A stretch of DNA of 64,000 nt from Vicugna vicugna (GCA_013265495.1 MU062233.1:6046953-6110952), one strand, 5' to 3'. Positions 11,950-24,202 are shown, counted from the stretch's first letter. Notes: generated from the sequence alone by a model not told the origin. A program made the numbers and translations.

Positions 11950-12430
11950 GCTTCCCCAATCAGAGTGGTGTTTCAGTCATGAAGCCCACACACATTGGCT
12001 TTCTGCAGCTCCTCTCTGGGGCTTTGGGGCGGGAGCAACTCCTCACACTACAGCAGCTGCAGGAAGTGCTGAGTGACATCACCTCCCGCTAAGCCAAGAA
12101 GCCTCCACAAGGTCAGGCCTGGAGCAGCCATCTTTAGACAGAAAACATGCAAATAGCCTACCTCCTTCCGCCCTGGGGAGTGAGCTCACAACTCCGGGGA
12201 GCCCAGCTCAACGTGTGTGCCAGGTGATGTCAGGATGACTGTCCTGGCAATTCTGACATGCTGCAGGTGCTTCATTCCGAGGCCACCACCCTATCGGTAC
12301 CAGATGGCGGCGTGGGAGACGGACTTCCAGCTCCGGACTTTCTCTCACTCTAAATTACAAGGCCTTCGGGGAACAGACTCACCCATCATCTTGGACTGGA
12401 TTCTGTGGGTGTTGGGCCAATCAGAATGGG
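11950..12430. promoter_or_regulatory. Candidate distal promoter/enhancer (motif-dense unique sequence)
   Basis: CCAAT/ATTGG at 11956, 11994 and 12417; GC box 12026; ETS CAGGAAGTG 12060; CRE-like 12074 and 12225; octamer 12147; YY1-type 12125 and 12301. Motifs only, no functional data. Confidence 0.4.
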
Positions 12431-13140
12431 ATAAATACTGGAGTAGGGTGGAGATGGAGAAGAGCTTCTCTAGAGTTTTCTCTACAAGTGAAAATGCCTG
12501 GCAATTGCTTCTCTCTTCTATCAGCAACTGTTATTCTCCAGGTCATGGAAAGTCCTGCCTTGTCGGTCACATGTAGGGAAGTAGTGGAAGAGGTCAAGGA
12601 AGGCTGGTGGACGCACAGGAAGGTGAGCAGAGCTACAGAGAACAGGAGAGATGTCCCTGCAATGAGGCGGATGAACTGACACCAAACCTGGGTTTCCCTA
12701 GTCCCCACCCTGCTTTTTCCAAAGCCAAGAGGCAAAGAGAGTTTGAAATCAGTCTTTATTTTGGTCCCATGAAGAAAAGGCTTTTCTGTTGTTGTTGAAG
12801 TTCAGCTGCTGTTACAGTTGGCCTGACTATACCCTGCTTTCTCATCACAGATAGGAAATGAGCATGAATAAAACCAATGTGTTTCTTGGAACCCTTCAAA
12901 AAAAAAGGTTCTGCTTTCGTCCCCATGTTTCATTTCCCAATAACTTCCCCATTTGAGGGCTAAGCCTTATCTATGTCAGGAGGTGTGTGTTTATCTGCCT
13001 GATGAGATGAGGTTTCAGGGACCCGCAGGGGCTCCATGGAAAAGGGTCCCCTTCTAAGGAAGAAGTCCCTTCAAACTTGAATACCTGTACCTAATCTAAT
13101 GACTGAAGCCGACAGAGGGGGCTTGTCAAGGAAACGAAGG

Positions 13141-13248
13141 AGACAGGAAGACAGGAGGGGAGAGGAAGATGGCAAAGTGGAAAGGGAGGTGGGGGGAGGA
13201 AGAAGGGAAAGGAAGGAAGAAGAGGAGGAGGAAAGGGAAGGAAGAAAA
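13141..13248 (+). repeat. Purine-rich (GA) low-complexity tract
   Basis: About 108 nt almost entirely A/G on the + strand. Confidence 0.85.
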
Positions 13249-14069
13249 CTGGGGCTGGTCCGGAGCCCACTGGATTTTATAAATAAATCATGGTAAGAAT
13301 GAAACTTGGCTCTTCTGAAAATGAAAGAGAATGAAAAAGCCTTCCCTGCTCCTGCTGTGATTTGTGTCCCAGCCCAGCCAGCCCCCAGACTGCGGAGGGC
13401 TGGGCAGCCTCGGGGGCCGCAGCCTGCAGTCCTGATGGTCTGCACATCGAGGGCTCACTCCAGGTGTGGCTGCCCCAAGGGGCCCCACGGGCTCCGCTGC
13501 TGTTGGTCATAAGCGGCTCTCAGGACGCGAGCTCACTGCAAGGTCCTTCTCTTCAGAACTGAATGAGCAGTCCTCAGAAGAATGGAGGAGGGCCCAAGGT
13601 CTGAATCCTGACTCCAAAAGCCACATGCCAGCTATGTCTTTCTCCCCACATGCTCCAGAAAACCACAGAGGAAAGTGACCTCCTAGTGAAGGCTCCTGCA
13701 CGCGAGGGACCCAGTCCCTTCACAGCACCCAAATGCCTGTGCTGAGGCAGAGGACAAACAGCAGAGCTCTCCCCCGGATGGCAACTGCGCTGACGGCAGA
13801 GCTGGGAAGAGCCCGGGTGAGAGTGGGATGCCTCACTCTCAGCCACGCGGGGCCAGCGTTGTCTCCATCTGTGAGGACTTGTCACACTCAGCCCTCCGCC
13901 AGCTCCTCCATGAGGCGGTCATCCCTCAGCAACTTCAGCCCACAGCCTTCTCTTGTGAAGGCTCCAGGCTCCCTTACACTTTTTTCATCCCCAAGCCAAC
14001 CAAAACAGCTCCATTTCCGGGAATCCATCCAGCTACTGACTTGAGAGGGCACTCGAGCAGCCCTTGACG

Positions 14070-14245
14070 CAGCGGAGTGAAGAGGGCATGGGCTTTGGAG
14101 TTAGGCAGCCTGGATTCAAATTCCAGCCCTGCACTTACTTACTGGTGACCTTGGGGAAGTCACCTAACCTCTCTGAGACTCAGTCTCCCCATGTTTCAAG
14201 CAGTGATAATAACAACAACAGGATTGCTATGGAAATAAATTGTGT
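14070..14245 (+). mobile_element. MIR SINE
   Basis: GGGCTTTGGAGTTAGGCAGCCTGGATTCAAATTCCAGCCCTGCACTTAC ... GTGACCTTGGGGAAGTCACCTAACCTCTCTGAG. Confidence 0.85.
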
Positions 14246-14438
14246 CACCTCTCTGAGGGCAGAATCTGGTTTATCCAGCGATGTTTGGCCCGCAGTCAGC
14301 CCTGAGTCAATATTTATTGAATACATACAACATGCTTTGCACAGTGTTTAGCAGATAGAGGCTGCAGTAAGTGGACAGTATTATCTTCAGCTCATTATTT
14401 CCTGCTTCTCCTCGGACGGAGGAGCCTATTTTGGCTAC

Positions 14439-14875
14439 TGTATCAGTCAAGTCCTGGCAGGAAGCAGATGGCACATTCCAAGTGAGGAGAGCTTCATGAA
14501 GGAACTGTTTGGGGAGGTGTGAGTAGGATTAAGGAACTGGCAGGGAATGGTTAAATATTTCAGAACTAGCAATAACAGAAAGATGCCACCTCCCCTAAAC
14601 GTGAAGGGTTCTGCTACCAGAACCCTGAGAAAGAGCCACAGGTGAGAGGGCAGCTCCAGAGAAGCTAAGTCCTTGAGTGGAGAAGTGGAACATAGATGCG
14701 ACGGGAGAATGAAAAACCCACCAGGTCTCTCCTCCCACCCTCTGACCTCCAGATGATGCCTCCCGATGGCCAAACCCAATGCTCCCTGATGTGGTCCATG
14801 CAGGTCAGCCTCCACAGAGTGAGAGGAGAAGGGTGGGGCTGGATTGGGGGTATAAATGGAAAAAATCCAGGATAG
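14439..14875 (-). mobile_element. Old ERVL/MaLR-class solo LTR (LTR33/LTR41-like)
   Basis: Begins TGTATCAGTCAAGTCCTGGCAGG; contains CCTCCCGATGGCCAAACCCAA ... GGTCCATGCAGGTCAGCCTCC; subfamily uncertain. Confidence 0.6.
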
Positions 14876-15272
14876 CCACAAAATCTCCAAAGGGTTCATG
14901 GTCAAGTCCATGTTTTCTAATCTACTAGGTTCTTCAGCAGATTTATACCACAAAAGACAAGCTCTTCTCAGAAAAAAAAAAAACCTAAAAACTGAGGCCA
15001 ACAGGAGGCTTTGAAATTTCACCTTGTATTTCTTCTGGTTGCGGGAGTCTAAACATCTGGGGCCCAGCTGTTCCATGGAGTTGATTCCACAACTTATTGT
15101 GCCTTTGCTGACCTTCCTCATACTGTAAATTTCTACATTTAAAATTGAGCAAGAGATACATGCACTGACTGTGCTTTGGGAAAAAACTGAAAGGTGAATC
15201 CAGACGTGAATAACCTATAGGTAATTTTTTTCCTACTGTTTGTAATACTTGAGTAATTTCTTGACACTATTG

Positions 15273-15779
15273 ATTTTTTACTGAAGTATAATTGATTTAC
15301 AATGTTGTGTTAGTCTCTAATGTACAGCATAGTGATTCAGTTATTATAGGTCACTCCAAGATATTGACTATAGTTCCCTGTGTTGTACATTAGGACATTG
15401 TTGTTTATTTATTTTATATATAGCAGTTAGTATCTGCAAATCCCAAAATCTCTCCCCCACCCCTTTCCCCTATGGTAACCATAAGTTTGTTTTCTATGTC
15501 TGTGAATCTGTTTGTTTTGTAAATAAGTTCATTTGTATCATTTTTTAGATTCCACATATAAGTGATATCATATGGCATTTTTCTTTGTCTGACTTACTTC
15601 ACTTAGTATGATAATCTCTAGGTCCATCCATGTGACTGCAAATGGCATTATTTCATTCCTGTTTATGGCTGAGTAGTATTCCATTGTATACATATAACAC
15701 ATCTTCTTTATCCATTTGTCTGTTCATGGACATTTAGGTTGTTTACATATCTTTGCTATTTTAAATCATGCTGCTATGA
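15273..15779 (-). mobile_element. Camelid/cetartiodactyl L1, ORF2 end plus 3'UTR, with small internal deletion
   Basis: TTTTTTAGATTCCACATATAAGTGATATCATATGG and GGTAACCATAAGTTTGTTTTCTATGTCTGTG are reverse-strand L1 3' sequence. Confidence 0.9.
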
Positions 15780-16319
15780 TAAAAATTAATATTTAAAACC
15801 TACCCACATTTGCATATAATCTTTGTACTGCCTACTGTATTTGTAAAAAGACTTAAACATATCCTAGACTTGAAGAACTAAATTAGTTCACTTTTGAAGT
15901 TCTGGTATATCTGTGGCAGGAGATTAGCTATGTGAGTGATCAGAGACCACCCAGTCTTTGAAGGCCAGGAGCATCCACTTTCCCAATAACCACACATTTA
16001 GGGGGTGGACATCTTGCTAACTGGCATCTAATTCCACTACCCAACAGCTTCTAGGAGGCCCCAGGCCTTCACTGGACATGGAACACAGTGCTGATAACTG
16101 AGCACATGCTAGACAAAGGGTCAGCTTCATCTGTTAAGTACATGCAGAGATGCACACAATTAGGCAACAACCATAGGAAAATGAAAGTGCACCCACAATG
16201 AGACTTGCTGAGCTCTTCACAGACCCTGCTTCAATCGATGGTTATCTGGCCCTAGAAAATAGTGAGGTTTAGAAATGAATGGTGGCAATGGAAGTAAATG
16301 ACAAGAATAACCAAGAAGT

Positions 16320-16530
16320 ATGCAGCATTTATTTTGTTCTAGAGACTACACTAAGTGCTTCCCCTAGGCCATCTTAACCCCTCAAACAAGCATGTGTTGC
16401 AGATTTTATTTTATAGATGTGGGAGACAAAGCCAAGTGATATTAAGTTACTTGCTCAAGGTAACAAAGCTGCTGAGTGGAAGAGTTGGGATTAGAATTTA
16501 AGTAATGTAACTCCAGATAGCACTTTCAAC
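16320..16530 (-). mobile_element. MIR SINE
   Basis: ATTTTATAGATG ... AAGTTACTTGCTCAAGGTAACAAAGCT ... GGGATTAGAATTTAAG. Confidence 0.7.
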
Positions 16531-16839
16531 TATTGGGCAATTCTGTCTCTGATTATACTCCCTTAAACATTCACACAGGGAAAAAATGGAGGCATATGCA
16601 GTTTTCAAGTGAAGAATGGCTTTGAAGAGTGAGATAATGAGTGATTTTTTTCCTTTCTTTTCTACTTTTTTGTCCTTTTCTTGATTTTGTTTAGGAATCA
16701 ATATATTAATTTTTTAGTGAAAAATATACACTTTATGTCAAAAGGCAATTTAAGGGTCTGGTTCAGTTATGGAAGGATGAGTACCCTGTGCCCTTCTCTC
16801 CCTCGGGTTGCAACTACAAACCCTGTGCAGAAAAGAGGC

Positions 16840-17471
16840 CAAGAAGAGACCCACATATATATGCTCAACTGATTTTCAACAAAGGTGCCAAGACAATTCA
16901 ATGAAGGAAGAAGAGCCTTTCCAACGAATGGTACTGGATCAGCTGGATATTCACAGGGGAAAAAATGAAGATTGACCCTCAGCTCTCACCATACACAAAA
17001 AAGGAACTTAAGGTAAAAATCTAAAATTATAAAACTTTTAAAAGAAAAGAAAAACTTTGTGACGTTGAGTTAGGCAAAATTTTCTCAGATTGAAAACAAA
17101 AAAAAATTGACCATTTAAAAGTGTTTTGATACCAATGCTGTTTCATCACAATTTAAAAAGTATATTCCTTAAAAAAACACCATTAAGAAAACATACAGGT
17201 AAGCCACTAGATAGGAGAAAATATTCAGAGCCCATGTACCCAGAATGTGTAAAGGACACTTACAATTCAGTAAGAAGAGGACAAACAACCTATTTTCTTT
17301 AATGGGCAAAAAAAAAAAAAAAAATTGAACAGACATTTTTTAAAAAAGGAAACATAAAAAGATGCTTAACCTCATTCATTAATCATCAGGGAACTGTGGA
17401 TTAAAACCACAATGAAATGTCACTATACATCTACTAGAATGGCTTAAATTTAAAAGACTGACCATACCAAT
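16840..17471 (+). mobile_element. Old L1M (L1MD/L1ME-like) ORF2 3' region; host of a younger L1
   Basis: CAACTGATTTTCAACAAAGGTGCCAAGACAATTCAATG ... TTAAAACCACAATGAAATGTCACTATACATCTACTAGAATGGC. Confidence 0.8.
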
Positions 17472-19629
17472 GGGGGGATCAAGAGAGTGGAGTTAAGAGG
17501 ATGTGGAGCTCACCTCCCTACCAATGAACACATCAAAAATACAACTACAGGTGGAACAATTCTCTGAAAACTAACTGGAAACTGGCAGCAGGCTCCTATA
17601 CAACCAAGGTTGTAAGAAGGGTGAATCAGGTAGGAAGGGAAGAAAAGTAATCAGGTCAGAACCTGTGCCTCTAGGAGGGGACTCAGAGGAAAAGGGAGAT
17701 TACATAGCTGGACAGCTGCCCTGGGGAGTGAGTGGGCTGAGCCACAGATTGGGTGTCCCATCCCAAGGTCCTACATGGAGAAGACAGGCCCCTCTGGCTG
17801 ATTGGAGGACCACTGGGACAAATAGAAGGGCTGGAAGAACCCTGGACTTCACTTGTCAAGGGTGTATGTGTGCCAGCTGGCTGTACTAAACCTACACCTA
17901 AAGAAATTTTTAAGGGTATCCTCTAAGTGGTAAAGAAATAGGAATCTATAAGAAAGGGAAAATTCCACCAGGAAAGGCAAATATATAGTGTGGACTGAGG
18001 ACCAACCACTTAAATAAGCCAGTTTGTAGATTCAAAGAAAAAATTGTAAAAGTAACTATAACTACAATAAACAGTTAAGAGATAGGCATTAGGGTGTAAA
18101 ATATGACATCAAAAACACAAAATGTGGGGGAGGGGAGTAGGAAAGGTAGATCTTTTAGAATGTGTTTGAACTTAAATGACTATAAGTTTAAAACAAGTAG
18201 ATAAAATGTTTAGTAGATATAGGTAAACGTATATGAATCCCATGGTAACCACAAATCAAAAACCTAACAATAGATGCACAAATACTAAAAAGAAAGGAAC
18301 ACAAGCACACTACTAAAGAAAATCATCAAACCACAAGGGAAGAAGCAAAAAGAAGAAGAAATGAACAAAGAAGAATTGCAAAAACAAGTGGAAATCAAGT
18401 AATAAAATGTAATTACTTTAAATGTCAATGGACTAAATGCTCTGATCAAAAGACATGGAGTGGCTGATTGGATAAACAAACAAAACTTCAATATGCTGCC
18501 TACACGAGACTCACTTCAGGGCTAAAGCCACACACACAGACTGAAAGTGAAGAGATGAAAAAAGTCACCTTCATGCAAATGAAAACAAGAAAACAGAGGT
18601 AGCAATATGCCTATCAGACAAAATAGACTTTAAGACAAAGGCTATAACAAAAGACAAAGAAGGTCATTATATAATGGTTAAGAGATCAATACAAGAAGAG
18701 GATATTACACTCAACATATATGCAGCCAATATAGAAGCATCTAAATAGATAAAGCAGAACTAACAAACACAAGGGGAGAAATCGGCAATAGTACAATAAT
18801 AGCAGAGGACTTTAAACCCTGCTCACGTCAATGGTCACATCATCCAGACAGAAAATCAATAAGGCAACAGCATTCTTTAATGATACAATAGACCAGTTGG
18901 ACTTAATAGACATCTGCAGGACAGTGCATCCAAAAACAGCAGCATACACATTCTTCTCAAGGGCACCTGGAACATTCTCCACAAAACAAGTCTCAACAAA
19001 GTTGAGGGGATAGAAGCTATATCAAGCACTTTCTCTGACCACAACAGTATGAAACTAGAAATCAATTACAGGAAGAAAAATGGGAAAAGCACAAACAGGT
19101 GGAGACTAAACAACATGCTACTAAAAAACCAGTGGGTCAGTGAAGAAATCAAAGAGGAAATCAGAAAACGCCTTCAGACAAATGAAAATGGAAACACAAA
19201 ACGCTAAAATCTATGGGATGCAGCAAAAGCAGTTCCAAGAGGGAAGTTTATAGTGATACAGGCCCACCTCAAGAAACAAGGACAACCTCAAATAGACAAA
19301 TAAGCCTAACTTACCATCTAAGGGAATTAGAAAAAGAACAACAAACAAAGCCTAAAGGCTGCAGAAGGAAGGGAAAAAATTGAGATGAGAGAGAAAATAA
19401 GTAAAATAGAGACCAACAAAACAATAGAAAAGATCAATGAAACCAAGAGCTGGTTTTTTGAAAAGATAAACAGATTTGATACACCTTTAGCCAGGCTCAT
19501 CAAGAAGAAAAGACAGGACCCAAATAAATAAAATAAAAAGTGAAAGAGGAGAAATAACAACTAATATCACAAAGAGACAAAAAAACACAAGAGAATACTA
19601 CAAATAGTTACAGGCCAACAAATTGGAAA
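17472..19629 (+). mobile_element. L1 with 5'UTR, nearly all of ORF1 deleted, inter-ORF spacer and degenerate ORF2 endonuclease; 3' half missing
   Basis: 5'UTR-like start (GTGGAGCTCACCTCC ... CACATCAAAAATACA); jump to the ORF1 end near 17885; EN motifs VITLNVNGLNA from 18409, CCLHETHF, and SDHN at 19034-19045; frameshifted. Confidence 0.85.
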
Positions 19630-19755
19630 TGACTATTGTGATGGTTTCATGAGTACATACATTTGCCAAACTTCATCAAATTCTGCACTTAAGATATGCA
19701 GTTTACTATGCATCTCCAAAGCTGCATAAAAACACAAATGAACAAACAAAAACAC
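19630..19755 (+). mobile_element. Old L1M 3' terminus, probably the continuation of 16840-17471
   Basis: GTGATGGTTTCATGAGTACATACATTTGCCAAACTTCATCAAATTCTGCACTTAAGATATGCAGTTT. Confidence 0.75.
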
Positions 19756-19863
19756 CTTTTCTTCTGGGCCCCTGGTCTTAGGAACCAACAGCGACAGTAG
19801 TTGCCTCAGCACTGGAACCCTCATTTGCTCTTCTTCATACAGAAGCTTCTGGACTTAACATAG

Positions 19864-20222
19864 CAGCCATAAAAAGAATAAAATAATGCCATTTGCAGCA
19901 ACATAGATGGACCTGGAGAATGTCATTCTAAGTGAAGCAAGCCTCTTAGAAAGAGAAAGAAAAATACTATATGAGATCACTTACATGTGGAATCTAAAAA
20001 AAAGACAAACGAACTTATTTACAAAACAGAAACAGGCTCACATACGTAGAAAACAAACTTGTGGTTAACAGTAGAGGAAAGGGTGGGAAGGGATAAATTG
20101 GGAGTTCAAGATTTGCAGATATTAACTAATATATACAAAATAGATAAACAAGTTCATACTGTATAGCACAGTAACTTACGGTGAAAAAGAATATGAAAAC
20201 GGATATATGTATGTTAAAAAAA
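19864..20222 (+). mobile_element. Camelid L1 3' fragment ending prematurely in the 3'UTR
   Basis: CAGCCATAAAAAGAATAAAATAATGCCATTTGCAGCAAC ... stops at GATATATGTATGTT plus A7; small internal deletion; no TSD seen. Confidence 0.9.
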
Positions 20223-21825
20223 GAGAGGATGACACAGAATGCTAATCTCCTTTGTCCACTTGCACTCGCATCTCACAGCAAGAAGGGAAGCTCAGGAACT
20301 TTATGATGTGGGCAGTTTGGGTCTTTGTCTCTGGAGTCTTGTCCAACAGGCAGCAGGCCTGAGCCCTGGTCTGTGCATTTTGTTTGGTTGCATCGTTGTC
20401 TTTTGAAGTCAAGGGATCGTTCCACCCACACCTCCAATTTCCTCCCTTCTGCCCAGTAGTAAACCAGACCCATAACAAACAGGTCACTAACACTCTACAG
20501 ACGGAAGAATGCCAGGAAAGTAAACAAATCTGCTTCTCCGATGGCGTTCCTTTCCTGAAGGGAGGAACGTAAGAGAGGAAGACTTAAAGCTAAACCTAGA
20601 AATTTCCCAGCAACACTTAATCTCGCCAGCTCCTGCCAAAGATCACTGGCTTTAAAAACGTTCCTCAGGCCTGAGCTCGTGACAGTGTGTGCGCAATGCT
20701 ACTCTACGCAGAGCTGCCACTGCATTTTTTCAGCTGTTTCCCAGCTGCCTGAAAGGGGCAGGGAGTAAAACACAAAGCACTCACTCGCCTGGGCCAGGTG
20801 GGAGGAGCGGGGAGACAGCGCAGTATTGTTCCTTTCTCAAATTAAAAAAAAAAAAACTTTCCTTAAGGCACAGGCAGCTGGATTTGTCATAGAGCTTTGG
20901 ATGCAGAAACTTTGGGGATGGTTCTCCAAATGGGGGAGATCAGCAGTGGATTTCAACTACTGGAGGCCATGCATCACTAGGAACTCCAGTCGCTGGCATA
21001 AGGAGTTCAAGGTCAGCTTCATTTTACCAAATGCACTGTCTTCTTCAAAGCCTAAAGCACACTGTGTACATGGAAAAAGCAAGGCACAGATACAACTCGG
21101 TGACTGCACAAAGCGTCCCTTCTGGTGTCTAGTCCTAGAGCCAACACAAGATTGCATGCCTTCTAAGGCACCAAGACAGGTGAATCTTTGAACATCCCAT
21201 CCCAGAAAAGAGAAATTGAGGGGGAAAACATTCTACACAGGACTTCCTGGTATTTGAGAGGTAAACTACTCATGGTCTATTCCCATGAGCCATTGTTAGT
21301 CCCTTGTCATTTGCTAAGGCACAAACTTTAAGCCTGCCCCCTGCAAAGGGCTATATCAAAATAAGGCTCTAAGTAGAGAGTAAGACTGTCCTACAAGAGC
21401 AGCCTCATTCGAAGCAGCTTTATTAGTCTCCATCAGTCCCCACCTGGTAAATCGACTTGTAAATGCAGTGGTCAGGGGCTCATGGCCCTTGAAGAGCTGC
21501 TGGGTCAAATACTTCTATTAGGTTTCATTACACTGTAGTTAGGAGTTCACGCCTTCCTCCTGTCTGAGTCTGAAGGAGACTGACTAGAAGGTGGGAGAGC
21601 CCGAAGGTGTTTCTCTGCAGCACCTCCTACCAGCCAATCAGCAGCAGTCAGAGTTCCTACCCAGGTATCCCCCTGTCACCAGTGGGCAGCAGCGATGAGT
21701 AGTTGCCTGCATTGTTTTTTTGTCTAACATCATGTGTCTAATATCTCACAATATTCACTTACTCACTTACAATAAGGTGTAGCTAGCAGCACTACCAAAT
21801 AAAGGCTGGCAGCTGAACTCAAGTT

Positions 21826-21827
<2 letters not shown>

Positions 21828-21865
<38 letters not shown>
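21828..21865 (+). repeat. (GT)19 perfect microsatellite
   Basis: 38 nt of uninterrupted GT. Confidence 0.97.
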
Positions 21866-21867
<2 letters not shown>

Positions 21868-22320
21868 CTTCGATTTATTTACATCTTTAATGTCTTGAGA
21901 AGAAAGACAATTCTTTCTGTAATACAAGTTGCATTTGGATTGTTGAAGGACAATGTTCATGCCATTACTACATTTATTTCCAAGTCACTGAGCCTCAGGT
22001 ATCTGGGAAACTTGGCCTTCCATGGAAAACTCACGATAGCTTGAAGTTGGTGGGATTTTTAGTGCTCGTAGGCTTTAAGTCCCTACCATGGGAGTTTGAT
22101 AAGGTCAGCAACAAGGAAAAATAGAAGGGATTAAGGTTATGTCGTTGCCAGAACAGAATAGGAATTCCAAAGCCTTAATCACATGATAAAGCAGAAACGC
22201 AAGTCCCGGAAACAGGTAAATCAAAGAAACAGTAATCGAATACTTGCCTGGATCATGTGAGGCATACATCCAATTCTGGCTCTATTTTAAATTGGTGTTT
22301 TTCTTGACAATCTGCTTTTT

Positions 22321-22466
22321 TTTTAAATTGAAGTGTAGCCAGTTTACAATGTTGTGTCAATTTCTGGTGTACAGCATAATGTTTCAGTCATGCATACACA
22401 TATATTCCTTTTCATATTCTTTTCCATTATAGGTTACTACAAGATGTTGAACATAGTTCCCTGTGC
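22321..22466 (-). mobile_element. 5'-truncated camelid L1 3' end with TSD
   Basis: TTGAAGTGTAGCCAGTTTACAATGTTGTGTCAATTTCTGGTGTACAGC; TSD ACA(A/G)TCTGCTTTTT at 22307-22320 and 22467-22480. Confidence 0.9.
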
Positions 22467-22664
22467 ACAGTCTGCTTTTTTAACTGGTCACTTTATTCTG
22501 ATCCTGAGAGAAACATCCAGTGGATTAGGCACCTGCATTTTTGGTGTGAAAATAGCTTGCTTATATTCCCAGGGAATTTTGTAATTTGCACAATGCTTCG
22601 ATGTGTTCCCTTTGACTAGCAAGCACTACACTCTCACAAGGCAGTCAGGGCAGTGACATTATTA

Positions 22665-22757
22665 TAAAAAAAATAAATAAACAAACCGAATTACTTCCCC
22701 CACCGAAAAAAAACAAACAAACCCAACCAAACAAACAACAACCAACCAAAAATAAAA
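22665..22757 (+). mobile_element. Headless 3' tail of camelid SINE
   Basis: AATAAATAAACAAACCGAATTACTTCCCCCACCG resembles AATAAATAAACCTAAGTACCTCCCCCCG in the full SINE at 45289; no tRNA head upstream. Confidence 0.65.
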
Positions 22758-22809
22758 AGCCCTCACACTAGCAGGAACCTATCCCAGTGGAGGTGGGAAA
22801 TTGAGAAAC

Positions 22810-22940
22810 AGTGATTCTCAAAGCATGACTTCTGGCTCCCCTGCATCAGAATTACAGAGGATTCCTGTGGAGACTTCAGACTCCTGATCCAGAATACTTG
22901 AAGCTGAGATGCAGGCCAGGGAGTCTCCATCTTTAGTCTC
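22810..22940. mobile_element. MER5-family hAT-Charlie fragment
   Basis: CAGTGATTCTCAAAGCATG ... GCATCAGAATTAC ... CAGAATACTTGAAGCTGAG. Confidence 0.6.
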
Positions 22941-24202
22941 TTTTTTTGCCAGCCCTAAAATCTGGGAAACACCATCCAGAGGCACAGTCAGGGAATGGTA
23001 CAGCTTGACACAAAGAGTCTGGGGCAAATATATGGAAGCAGTTGGGAGAAATGCAGGTTAGAGCCAGGTGGTGGAGGATTCTGAATGAGGAGGCAAAGGG
23101 ACTGGACCAAGAGAGCGTCGAAGCTTGCATGTAGGTTAGGAAAAGAGACAAGCTTTGATACAGAGAAAGAATCACTAAACGGAGAGGCTAGTGATACTGC
23201 CGAGGCTCTTTCAGTTAACAAGGTCAGCTGTCTCATCTAACTTCGTCTGCAGGGGAAGGAGCCCCGACTTGGGAGGCAGATCTAGGTCCTGTTCCCAGTC
23301 TGTCTCTAACTGACTCTGTGACCCTGGGCTAATCACACGACATCCAGGACCTCATCTCAGTATCAAGAAAACCAAGGGGTGGGGCCCTTGCTTATGGGTC
23401 ATCTGATGCCAAATTTGCTTTTCTTCTTTCAACTTGAGAGTTTCTATCCATGGTTTTAGCCTTACTTTCTCCTCCAGCAAGATTCAGCAGGAGTGTTTTG
23501 AAAGGCTCAAAAGCCATAGGAAGTATTGCAAAGAGAAATAGCATAAGCCCAAGTCTTGGAGGAAGGAGCTGGCCCTGCAGAATGAGCGCCCTCTTGGGTA
23601 GCCGGATGTGGCGGCCCGGTCATCTCCTCTGAGGTACCAGCATCAGGGAGCCATTCCTGGGGAGAGGACGTCCAAAGTCCATGTTTCAATAATGCCCTGA
23701 CTTTGATCAAGGCCTGGTACCCCTATGACAGGTGGGCCAATGTGTGTCACATTGTGACTTAGTATCCCTGTGGCTGGCTGCTGAAAGCTGGAGAAGCATT
23801 GCTTCTGACAGGAGGGCAAGCAGAGGCCTGGGGCCTATGGTCCAGCCAACAGGAGAGGCCCCATCTGATCAAGGCACAGCCTGGATTAAGTGGAAATCAT
23901 TCTAAGCCAAAACAATGATAAATAAATTTCATTTTCATGAAGAGGCCTGAAACTGTACCATCCTCCTTGAAAGGGAGGGGGAAATTTCCTTACTCATTCC
24001 TCCTAAATTACTCTATTCAACACATATGAACATCATCCATCTCCAGCTAATCCCAGTTCTCAAAGGTTCCAAGGAGATTTGCTAGTCAGCGTCAGGAATA
24101 CCCAATACTGACAGAGAGCTGACTCCTAGAATTTTAAGGATTGCTTTACCCACTCAGGGTTAAAAAAAAAAAAAAGAAAAAAGAAAAAGAAGTCACTTCC
24201 TC

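Noticed and set aside
14447-15121. Longest ORF in the track (224 aa, - strand)
   Set aside because: Largely overlaps an old LTR and a poly-A run; composition is not protein-like and no homologue is recognised
24160-24202. Orphan poly-A tail suggesting a retrocopy before the gap
   Set aside because: No recognisable upstream SINE, L1 or mRNA body, and the adjacent gap prevents a TSD check
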